Source: a virus. From it: 41,278 nt of DNA. The stretch's first letter is position 1, and each line of letters starts with the position of its first letter. Made by a program: the position numbers and the translations under genes. Below the pieces are notes generated by a model. The model saw only the letters and a program-made list of their open reading frames with translations. It did not search any database and was not told the origin of the DNA. The DNA lies in the IMG/VR virus record IMGVR_UViG_3300045988_142835, positions 1 through 41,278 of that record, one strand, 5' to 3'. Positions 23,389 through 30,748 of this stretch are shown piece by piece.

Positions 23389-23403
23389 TATCTGAGTCGG
23401 ATA
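23389..23403. promoter_or_regulatory. Operator candidate O1 (TATCTGAGTCGGATA)
   Basis: TATC-N7-GATA within the direct repeat CATATCTGAGTCGGATACAC. Overlaps a minus-strand TATGAT -10 candidate (23390-85). Confidence 0.5.
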
Positions 23404-23412
23404 CACAATGGG

Positions 23413-23442
23413 TTGCGTTACCCATATCAGATCTGATACACT
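23413..23442 (+). promoter_or_regulatory. Early rightward promoter candidate TTGCGT-18-TACACT
   Basis: -35 23413-18, -10 23437-42. Operator O2 fills the spacer. Confidence 0.5.
23425..23438. promoter_or_regulatory. Operator candidate O2 (perfect palindrome TATCAGATCTGATA)
   Basis: 14-bp perfect palindrome within CATATCAGATCTGATACAC, a repeat of the O1 context. Confidence 0.55.
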
Positions 23443-23456
23443 CTTGTGCGCAAGGC

Positions 23457-23472
23457 GGGCTCAATTGAGCCC
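23457..23472. promoter_or_regulatory. 16-bp perfect palindrome GGGCTCAATTGAGCCC in the cro leader
   Basis: Lies between the -10 candidate and the cro SD (AGGAAGGAGG). Either a second operator type or an RNA hairpin. Confidence 0.4.
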
Positions 23473-23501
23473 ACCACTCACCACAACAGGAAGGAGGCTC
23501 A

Positions 23502-23717
23502 ATGAGCATCGCGAGCGAAATCCGCGCCGAAATGGCCCGGAAAAAGCTCACCGTCGCCGAACTGGCGGACGGCGCGGGCATCTCCCGCGCGTCCCTCAGC
23601 CGCAAGCTCCACGAGCACACCGAGTTAACACTCGCCGAGCTTGTGCGGATCGCGTACATCCTCGGCACCACCGCATCGGATCTCATGCGCCGGACAGAGG
23701 TCGGGGAAGCCGCATGA
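23502..23717 (+). CDS. Cro-like HTH regulator (71 aa)
   Basis: LTVAELADGAGISRASLSRKL HTH; strong SD; first gene of the rightward operon. Confidence 0.7.
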   Translation: MSIASEIRAEMARKKLTVAELADGAGISRASLSRKLHEHTELTLAELVRIAYILGTTASDLMRRTEVGEAA

Positions 23718-24025
23718 GAGCCCGCGAAGAAGCCGCCGCTTACGCGGGCCGTGCTTGGCTCGAAATGAGCCGCGCCGACCGCCGCCGGGCTGTGAGGCTC
23801 ATGCGCCGGATCCGTGCCAACAAAGCGGCTCGGCAGCTCAGGCCCGGTTGCAAGGGGCCGTCGGCGTTCCTGCAAGCCGCTCACTGGCGGCTCCTGGCCG
23901 AGTTTTTCGCCCTCATCGAAAAGAGCGAGCGGCGACTCTATACGTCCAGGGAAGCTCGGGAAACCGCCGAAAAATGCGCGTACATCTACCACACGCAAGC
24001 CAACAAGAAAGGAAAACCGGAATGA
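23714..24025 (+). CDS. Hypothetical protein (103 aa)
   Basis: ATGA overlap with cro. MRAREEAAAYAGRAWLEMSRADRRRAVRLMRR...; paralogous to the next gene. Confidence 0.55.
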   Translation: MRAREEAAAYAGRAWLEMSRADRRRAVRLMRRIRANKAARQLRPGCKGPSAFLQAAHWRLLAEFFALIEKSERRLYTSREARETAEKCAYIYHTQANKKGKPE

Positions 24026-24336
24026 AATACAGAGACAAGGCCGCCAGCGTCGCTGGTACCGTGTGGGACGAGCTGACGCCTGAAGAGCGGCGTCAAGCCA
24101 TCCGGCTCACACGTCGCGCCGCGCACGCTAAGAGGGCGGGGAAGCTTGCCCTCAAACTTGGGGCGAGCAAGCGGGTCGTAAAAGCCGGTCTGCGCGGAGT
24201 TTCCGCGCTGATCGACCGACAGAAAATTTACCTCGCCGCCGCAAAGCGGGTGAAAGCCCGCGCCACAGCCGAGGTCGCAATCCTGCTCTTCCTGGAGGCT
24301 AAAAGACTCCGTGAGGAGGGCGAGCAGGATGCGTGA
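24022..24336 (+). CDS. Hypothetical protein (104 aa), paralog of 23714..24025
   Basis: ATGA overlap. WDELTPEERRQAIRLTRRAAHAKRAGKL matches WLEMSRADRRRAVRLMRRIRANKAARQL. Confidence 0.55.
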   Translation: MKYRDKAASVAGTVWDELTPEERRQAIRLTRRAAHAKRAGKLALKLGASKRVVKAGLRGVSALIDRQKIYLAAAKRVKARATAEVAILLFLEAKRLREEGEQDA

Positions 24337-24619
24337 GACGCCGGAGGAGAAGCTGCTGTTGGCGGAGAACCGCCGCCGTATGCGGCAAGTCGACGCCCAG
24401 ATGGACGTCGTTCGCGCGAAGATCGCGCCGGACCTCGCCGAGCTGGACCGGCTCACCAACGTGAAGGGCGAGCTCGTCCGGGAGAACGCGCGCATCCAGT
24501 GCGCGTCCGCCGCCAGGATCGCACGCCGTATCAACGAGCGTGCACTCGCGGCTAAAAACAACGCCCCCGCCGCCGGGGATGGCGACGAGGGCAGAAAGGA
24601 AAACGAAAATGGGAAATGA
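24329..24619 (+). CDS. Hypothetical coiled-coil protein (96 aa)
   Basis: ATG 24329 lies 8 nt after GAGGAGGG and overlaps the upstream stop. Confidence 0.5.
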   Translation: MRETPEEKLLLAENRRRMRQVDAQMDVVRAKIAPDLAELDRLTNVKGELVRENARIQCASAARIARRINERALAAKNNAPAAGDGDEGRKENENGK

Positions 24620-25430
24620 GATAACCCAATTTCACTACGAGGGTACCACGATTCGTACCCTCACGGTAGACGGCGAGCCGTGGTTCGTCGCCACCGACGT
24701 CGCCCAAGTCCTCGGCTATAGGAAAGCGTCAGACATGACGCGGATCCTCGAAGACGACGAAAAGGGGGCGCAAATCGTGCGTACCCTTGGCGGCGACCAG
24801 GAGGTCACCGTCATCTCCGAGCCGGGCCTGTATCGGCTGATCGTCCAGCGTCAGGCAGGGTACGTCAGCGACGCTGGGAAGCGGGAGTACGTGCGGCGCT
24901 TTCAGCGTTGGGTGACGCACGACGTGTTACCGCAGATTCGCCGTACTGGCGGCTACCAGTCCGCGCCGGAGTTGTCCGGGCCGGAGCTCATGGCAAAAGC
25001 CCTGCTGGAGGCGCAGGCTACACTCGAAGCCCGCGCCGAGCAGATCGCCGCCCTCTCCGCGAAGGCGGAGTACGTCGACTGTTTCGTTGTCGCCGACGAC
25101 CTCCGTACCGTGCGGAACGTCGCGAAGTCCCTCGGGATCCGCGAATCAATCCTCCGCCAGGCTCTCCTCGAGCATGGCTGGATCTACGTCGAAAAGCGGA
25201 CGTACGGCCCGAACGAGGACGGCATCTACCGGCTCCGCCGCCGCTACTCGGCGTACGCCGACAAGACCAACTATTTTGTCCCGATCCCGGCGCATGAGGC
25301 CCCGAAATTCGGCGACGAAGTTGACCACACGCTCAAGGTCACCCCGGTTGGGGCGGCGGCTATCGCCCGCGCGGCCCGCCGCTGGGGCCTGATCGACGAC
25401 GACGCGGAGATCGAGGGGGTGGCGTCCTAA
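24609..25430 (+). CDS. Antirepressor (Bro-N domain plus ANT/KilAC-like C-terminal domain)
   Basis: MGNEITQFHYEGTTIRTLTVDGEPWFVATDVAQVLGY... is a Bro-N signature. ATG 24609 follows GAAAGGAAAAC. Confidence 0.8.
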   Translation: MGNEITQFHYEGTTIRTLTVDGEPWFVATDVAQVLGYRKASDMTRILEDDEKGAQIVRTLGGDQEVTVISEPGLYRLIVQRQAGYVSDAGKREYVRRFQRWVTHDVLPQIRRTGGYQSAPELSGPELMAKALLEAQATLEARAEQIAALSAKAEYVDCFVVADDLRTVRNVAKSLGIRESILRQALLEHGWIYVEKRTYGPNEDGIYRLRRRYSAYADKTNYFVPIPAHEAPKFGDEVDHTLKVTPVGAAAIARAARRWGLIDDDAEIEGVAS

Positions 25431-25762
25431 TGCGCCCCGACGACGCCCTCATGTACCTACTCGCTCACGTCACGAGCGAGCTCCAAGCCGCTCTCCTCCA
25501 CACGGGAGACCACAAAAAAGCAGACCCAATCTTGTGGGCGCTGATCCGCGACGTCGAAGAAGTGATTCTCGAACGCCTCGAATCCGCCTACGGAAAAGGA
25601 TTCGACCCGAGCGTATACCTCGACGGCACACAGGTGTGGGTCACCGCGAAATCCGGGACGCTCAACCGAGCCGTGAATCGGATCCGCAAACCTGGGGACC
25701 CGCAGGGGCTCTCCGACGCCGAGAAGGCGTGGCTCGAAGGAAAGGACCTCGAAGGAAAATGA
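25430..25762 (+). CDS. Hypothetical protein (110 aa)
   Basis: TAATG coupling with the upstream gene. Confidence 0.55.
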   Translation: MRPDDALMYLLAHVTSELQAALLHTGDHKKADPILWALIRDVEEVILERLESAYGKGFDPSVYLDGTQVWVTAKSGTLNRAVNRIRKPGDPQGLSDAEKAWLEGKDLEGK

Positions 25763-25965
25763 CCACGCAACCTGCCGCGCCGCTTCTCATGACGGTCGCG
25801 GAATTCGCGAAACTCCACGGGCTTTCGGAGTCGACGGTGCGCAAGTGCATCTCGGGCGACTCGGAGTCCTACCCTCCCCTCTCAGCCAAGCGGGCCGGGA
25901 ACGGGCGCATTTACATCACCACAGAGCAGGCCGCCGAATGGCGAGCCAGCTTCCAAGACGCATAA
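25759..25965 (+). CDS. Excisionase-like HTH (HTH_17/MerR-like) protein (68 aa)
   Basis: LLMTVAEFAKLHGLSESTVRKCI...IYITTEQAAEW pattern; ATGA overlap. Distance from int makes the Xis role tentative. Confidence 0.5.
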   Translation: MTTQPAAPLLMTVAEFAKLHGLSESTVRKCISGDSESYPPLSAKRAGNGRIYITTEQAAEWRASFQDA

Positions 25966-25975
25966 GGAAAACGAA

Positions 25976-26203
25976 ATGAACGAATACGTCATCACCTTCG
26001 GGCCGGACCACGCCGAGTTTTTCGGCTTTGAGGACTACAGGTCCTACGCCGTGATCGTCGCCGACAACGCAGAGGAGGCGCGGAAGACTGCTTTCGCGGT
26101 CTATGGGGACCGCTGGTGCAACCTGCACCGCGCAGACAAGGTTGACCTTTCCCGCTTCCCCGGCGGGCAGGTTTCCATCCTCGAGACCGTCGAGGAGGTG
26201 TGA
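25976..26203 (+). CDS. Hypothetical protein (75 aa)
   Basis: SD AAGGAAAAC; dense operon context. Confidence 0.55.
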   Translation: MNEYVITFGPDHAEFFGFEDYRSYAVIVADNAEEARKTAFAVYGDRWCNLHRADKVDLSRFPGGQVSILETVEEV

Positions 26204-26469
26204 CCGTGGAGCGATTCAGGATTGCTTTCGAGCCGCCGACGGCGCGGATGCCGTACACGGTCTCCCCGGACGGTTGGGTCGAGATCTGGGCTTCCTCGGA
26301 GGCGCACGCCCGGAAGATCGCCGAGAAGTGGTTCGGGCCTGAGGGGTATTGGCACATGCTCGGACCGGACGCCGACGAGGCTACACACCCGCTGGGCCGC
26401 GTCGGCTCCGCGTCGACGTCGATGCTCGTGTGGGACGCCGCCGAGCGCGGAAGGCAGGTAGCCGCATGA
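26200..26469 (+). CDS. Hypothetical protein (89 aa)
   Basis: GTGA overlap. Weak similarity to the previous gene (xxAEEARKxA versus SSEAHARKIA). Confidence 0.5.
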   Translation: MTVERFRIAFEPPTARMPYTVSPDGWVEIWASSEAHARKIAEKWFGPEGYWHMLGPDADEATHPLGRVGSASTSMLVWDAAERGRQVAA

Positions 26470-26642
26470 AAATCATCCTCTACCCCCTCGCCGGAGTAGC
26501 GGCGGCGACGTCGTTCGCCGTGCTGATCACCGCAGCCGCCGAGCAGGGCGGGCTGCTCGGGCTCGCCCTCGCGGCCGCGTCCGTCCTCACCCCCATCGTC
26601 ATCGGCGGCGCGACAGCCGCCATCCTCGGAAAGGAAAACTGA
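26466..26642 (+). CDS. Small membrane protein (58 aa, two TM helices)
   Basis: MKIILYPLAGVAAATSFAVLITAAAEQGGLLGLALAAASVLTPIVIGGATAAILGKEN; ATGA overlap. This is the tail of track ORF 26349..26642. Confidence 0.55.
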   Translation: MKIILYPLAGVAAATSFAVLITAAAEQGGLLGLALAAASVLTPIVIGGATAAILGKEN

Positions 26643-26644
26643 AA

Positions 26645-26920
26645 ATGATTACATCCGTGCAGACAACGGCTGACGGGAAGGTTGCGTTCCGGTTCGGAGC
26701 CGACGTTTTCCCGGTCACCAAGCGGGAGGCGGTGCGGCTCGCCGTCTCGGTTCTCTCCGCCGTCGGCGGCGTCCCCGAAGCCGAATGCGACGCGCCAGAC
26801 GGGATTCTGCTCACGTGGCTTCCCGGCTGCTACCAGCAGATCGGTTGGCGCGACGCCGAAGAGCTGTACCACCAGATCGGCGACGCGATCTGGGACGACC
26901 AAGGCGGCGACGCGGCGTGA
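26645..26920 (+). CDS. Hypothetical protein (91 aa)
   Basis: SD GGAAAGGAAAAC upstream. Confidence 0.55.
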   Translation: MITSVQTTADGKVAFRFGADVFPVTKREAVRLAVSVLSAVGGVPEAECDAPDGILLTWLPGCYQQIGWRDAEELYHQIGDAIWDDQGGDAA

Positions 26921-27183
26921 GCAGAGGCGACGTTTTCAAAATGTATTTCCCGATCGAGGACGAGACGCGGGAATCCGCCGATCTGATCGGCGAGGCGAAG
27001 CGGCGCGCGATCGTCGACGCCACCTCCCGGGGGCTCTCCCCCGTGGCACTCAAGGTGAAGTCCTTCATTAATCACGCGCATCGTCGTGTGGAAGTCACTG
27101 TCCCGTGCAGGATTTCCGCGCCGGACCTGTGGGGGAAGCCGCTCCTCGAAAAGCTCCCCGTCGAGGGGAGGGTTGTCCTGTGA
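26917..27183 (+). CDS. Hypothetical protein (88 aa; alternative start ATG 26941)
   Basis: GTGA overlap with the upstream stop. Tail of track ORF 26785..27183. Confidence 0.45.
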   Translation: MSRGDVFKMYFPIEDETRESADLIGEAKRRAIVDATSRGLSPVALKVKSFINHAHRRVEVTVPCRISAPDLWGKPLLEKLPVEGRVVL

Positions 27184-28025
27184 CCGCACACGCACTGAGC
27201 GGCGTGGAAGGCGTCGTCGAGAATATGGCAGACCGCGTGTACCACGCGGACAAGACCACGCTCTCCTCCTCGGGAGCACGGTCGATCCTCAAGTCCCCGG
27301 CGCTCTTCCGTCACCAGCAGGACAATCCGGGTGCCTACAATCCGGTGTTCAACCTCGGGCACGCTGCCCACACGGCGATTCTCTCCGCCGGGGCGGATGT
27401 CCAACGACTGGAATGGGATTCGTACCGGTCGAAGGACGCCCGCGCGGAGCGCGACTCGCTCATCGATGCGGGGATTACCCCACTGCTGCCGAAGGAATGG
27501 GAGCAGGTCGCGGACATGCATCTCGCGTGCCTTGACCATCCCGTGGTCGGACAGCTGATCACGCGCACCGACCTTGTTCGGGAAGCAAGCCTGTTCTGGC
27601 AGGACGCCGCCACCGGCGTCCCCTGCCGGGCGCGCCCAGACCTCGCCACGGCGGACTGGTCACTCCTGATCGACTACAAAACGACCGTGGACGCCAGCCC
27701 CGCCGGATTCGCGAAGTCGCTCGGGAATTTTTGGTACCACTGCCAGCAAGCTTGGTACATGGACGCTGTGAAGCATTTCACCGGGCGCGACCCGGCCTTC
27801 GTTTTCATCGCGCAGGAAAAGATTCCCCCCTATCTCGTCGGCGTCTACGTCGTGGACCAGACCGCGATCGAGCTCGCCGACGCAATGAACCGCAAAGCAC
27901 GCCTCACCTGGAGGCGCTGCACCGAGACCGACGACTGGCCCGGCTACACGCCCGAGCCGACCGTCGTCCCCCTACCCGCCTGGTCAGAAAAGACCCTCAC
28001 CGAGGAATACATCGACAATGAATAA
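27180..28025 (+). CDS. PD-(D/E)XK exonuclease (RecB/Cas4-like, RecE-type role)
   Basis: LIDYKTT (D-x-K) and QQAWY (QxxxY) motifs. GTGA-coupled start 27180. Precedes the annealing-protein gene. Confidence 0.75.
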   Translation: MTAHALSGVEGVVENMADRVYHADKTTLSSSGARSILKSPALFRHQQDNPGAYNPVFNLGHAAHTAILSAGADVQRLEWDSYRSKDARAERDSLIDAGITPLLPKEWEQVADMHLACLDHPVVGQLITRTDLVREASLFWQDAATGVPCRARPDLATADWSLLIDYKTTVDASPAGFAKSLGNFWYHCQQAWYMDAVKHFTGRDPAFVFIAQEKIPPYLVGVYVVDQTAIELADAMNRKARLTWRRCTETDDWPGYTPEPTVVPLPAWSEKTLTEEYIDNE

Positions 28026-28848
28026 CCCTATCGTCCCCGCCGTTTCAGTCTCGCCGGTCGCCCGCGCCACCTCGCAGGCCACCACGATCGAGCAGACCCG
28101 CGCGATCGCCGACGTCCAAGCCGCCGCGCAGATGGCCCGTGCCTTCCCCCGCGACGAAGCCGCCGCCCTCGCCCGCGCATTGGAGGAGTGCTCGAAAATT
28201 GAGCTCGCCGAGCGCGCATTTTTCAGCATCAACCGGAAGGGCGGCGCGGTCACCGGCCCGACCGTCCACCTCGCCAAGCAACTCGCTCGAGCCTGGGGAA
28301 ACATCACCTTCGGGCTGAAAGAACTCCGCCGCGACGCTGGGCAGTCAGAGATGATCGCCTTCGCCTGGGACCTCGAAAGCAATATCCGCTCGGAGTCCAC
28401 ATTCATCGTGGAACACCGCCGCCCCGGCGACAAAGCCGAGACGCTGAAATCCACTACGGCGATCCAGGAGAACAATACTAGTATGGGCGCACGCCGCCTC
28501 CGTGAGATGATCTTCGACGTCCTCCCGAAGAGCTTCACCGAGCAGTCCATGGCGAAATGCCATGAGACACAGCAGAAAGGCGGAAGCGAGAAAACCGTCG
28601 CCGAACGCCGCGCCGGAATGATCGCCGCCTTCGAAGAGCTCGGCGTATCCAAAAAGCGACTCGAAGACAAGATCGGCGCGCCGTCCTCGGAATGGACACA
28701 GAAGGATATCGCCGATATGGCGATCGTCTACAACTCGATCCGCGAGGGCGAGGTCCGCGTCGACGAGGCATTCCCCCGCACGCAGACCGTGACCGCCGCC
28801 GACCTCACCGGCGTCAACCCCAAAACAGGGGAGGTGACCGGCAAATGA
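28018..28848 (+). CDS. Putative single-strand annealing recombinase (family not resolved)
   Basis: 276 aa directly coupled to the exonuclease gene, the classic exo-SSAP pair. I could not place it confidently in RecT, Erf or Rad52-like families by eye. Confidence 0.5.
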   Translation: MNNPIVPAVSVSPVARATSQATTIEQTRAIADVQAAAQMARAFPRDEAAALARALEECSKIELAERAFFSINRKGGAVTGPTVHLAKQLARAWGNITFGLKELRRDAGQSEMIAFAWDLESNIRSESTFIVEHRRPGDKAETLKSTTAIQENNTSMGARRLREMIFDVLPKSFTEQSMAKCHETQQKGGSEKTVAERRAGMIAAFEELGVSKKRLEDKIGAPSSEWTQKDIADMAIVYNSIREGEVRVDEAFPRTQTVTAADLTGVNPKTGEVTGK

Positions 28849-29129
28849 CCACACTCCTCGACCTCATCCCGCCCGTCGAAGACTGGCAGGAAGGCGCACT
28901 CTGCCGCCAGATCGGCACCTACCTCTTTTTCCCAGAGAAGGGCAAGTCAGCCACGCCCGCACGGCGGGTCTGCGCCGAATGCCCCGTCTTCGAAGAATGC
29001 CGTAAATACACGGATCGTATCGAGACGAATATCCCGGATGTGAGTTTCATTCAAGGGATCTTCGCGGGGGAGACCCCGCAGGAACGCCTCGACCGCCGCC
29101 GCGTCGAAAGGGAGGATCTAGCCGCATGA
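28845..29129 (+). CDS. whiB: WhiB-family transcription factor
   Basis: Four Cys in WhiB spacing (ALC...VCAECPVFEEC) and a basic C-terminus. ATGA overlap. Confidence 0.85.
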   Translation: MTTLLDLIPPVEDWQEGALCRQIGTYLFFPEKGKSATPARRVCAECPVFEECRKYTDRIETNIPDVSFIQGIFAGETPQERLDRRRVEREDLAA

Positions 29130-30367
29130 AACCCTACTACAGCGAAGATCTCGCCGCCGTCTACCACGGCGACTGCATCGACGTCATGCGCGAGCTGCCC
29201 GACGGCAGCGTCGACGCCGTGGTGACTGACCCGCCATACGGGATCCGTTTCATGGGCGAGTCATGGGACGGCGCGGATATCGTGAAGCGGCAGGAGCGCG
29301 GCAAGGCGACCTCTCCGATGCCCGCCGGGGTAGGCGGCCCCAACGGCGGATATCGTTCCCTCGCCGCCGAAGCCGGACGGTATAACCGCTCCCTGAAAGC
29401 CTCCTTGGCGTTCATGAACTGGTCTAAGGAATGGGCGTCCGAGTGCTACCGACTGCTCAAGCCGGGCGGTCACCTACTCGCTTTCGGCTCCCCGCGCTGC
29501 TACCACCAGCTCGGCATGGGGATCGAGCTCGCGGGTTTCGAGGTGAGGGACACGATCGCCTGGCTTTTCGGGCAGGGATTCCCGAAGAGCCTCGACGTCG
29601 GAAAAGCCGTCGGCAAGAAAGAACGCGAGGCGGAGCGGACGTGGGCTGGCTGGGGAACCGCACTCAAGCCTGCTTTCGAGCCGTGCGTGGTCGCCCGCAA
29701 GCCCATTACAGGCTCGGTCGCCGATAACGTCCTCGCCAACGGCGTCGGCGCGCTCAACATCGACGCTACACGCGTAGCAATGTCCGACGCCGACGCCGCA
29801 GCAATCGACGGGATGGGAGGCTTCGGCAAGCACAAGGTCGAAGCCGCCGTGTACGGAGAATACGGGCACACCGACTCGCACGCACACCCGGACGGCAGGT
29901 GGCCTACGAACGTCGCCCTCGACGTCGCGGCCGCCGACGAGCTCGACGCGCAAACCGGCGACCTCTCCGACGCAAAACCCCACACCCTTCGCCGCAGGGG
30001 GATCGGGTACGGATCCGGCTCCACCGGCGGCGACGTCGAACTTGGCTACGAAGACTCTGGCGGGGCATCCCGGTTTTTCCCGGCATTCCGGTACGAGGCG
30101 AAAGCCTCCAGCGCCGAGCGCCCGAAAGTCGGCGGAGTCCAACACCCAACCGTGAAACCACTGGACCTCATGCGCTGGCTCGTCCGCTTGGTCGCCCCAC
30201 AAGGAGCGACCATCCTCGAGCCCTTCGCCGGGTCCGGCACCACCATCGAGGCGTGCATCGCTGAGGGCATGCGCTGCATCGCAATCGAACGCGAGGAACA
30301 ATACCTCCCGCTCATACTCGACCGCATCTCCAAACCGATCGACGTCCCCCTGCCGATCGGGATCTGA
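29126..30367 (+). CDS. DNA methyltransferase, N6-adenine/N4-cytosine type (beta class, orphan)
   Basis: DPPY motif near the N-terminus (VVTDPPYG); AdoMet motif EPFAGSGTT near the C-terminus; HPTVKP motif. No adjacent endonuclease. Confidence 0.85.
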   Translation: MKPYYSEDLAAVYHGDCIDVMRELPDGSVDAVVTDPPYGIRFMGESWDGADIVKRQERGKATSPMPAGVGGPNGGYRSLAAEAGRYNRSLKASLAFMNWSKEWASECYRLLKPGGHLLAFGSPRCYHQLGMGIELAGFEVRDTIAWLFGQGFPKSLDVGKAVGKKEREAERTWAGWGTALKPAFEPCVVARKPITGSVADNVLANGVGALNIDATRVAMSDADAAAIDGMGGFGKHKVEAAVYGEYGHTDSHAHPDGRWPTNVALDVAAADELDAQTGDLSDAKPHTLRRRGIGYGSGSTGGDVELGYEDSGGASRFFPAFRYEAKASSAERPKVGGVQHPTVKPLDLMRWLVRLVAPQGATILEPFAGSGTTIEACIAEGMRCIAIEREEQYLPLILDRISKPIDVPLPIGI

Positions 30368-30378
30368 AAGGAAAACAA

Positions 30379-30696
30379 ATGGGAAAGCCAATGAAACTCT
30401 ACCTATCCGGCCCTATGACCGGGCTACCCGACCACAACCGGGAAGCGTTCTATAAGGCTGAAGAAAAGCTTCGCGACTGCGGGTACGACGTCGTTAACCC
30501 CGCCCGGGCAGAGTTCGGACCCGACGCAGACTGGATCACCTACATGCGTGCCGCGATGAGGCAGATCGCCGACGTCGACGCGATAGCCCAACTCGACGGC
30601 TGGACAGAATCGCACGGTGCACGCCTCGAAGCCTCGTGGGCCGCATCCCTCGGCATCCCCGCCGAGGACGCCGACACGTGGACATGGAAGTGGTGA
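30379..30696 (+). CDS. DUF4406-like (nucleoside 2-deoxyribosyltransferase-fold) protein
   Basis: MKLYLSGPMTGLPDHNREAF... N-terminal signature. Possible start at ATG 30391. Confidence 0.6.
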   Translation: MGKPMKLYLSGPMTGLPDHNREAFYKAEEKLRDCGYDVVNPARAEFGPDADWITYMRAAMRQIADVDAIAQLDGWTESHGARLEASWAASLGIPAEDADTWTWKW

Positions 30697-30748
30697 AGAT
30701 GTACATCCCCAAAATTTCCGAGTGCAGCAAATGCGGAAAGGAGACGAA

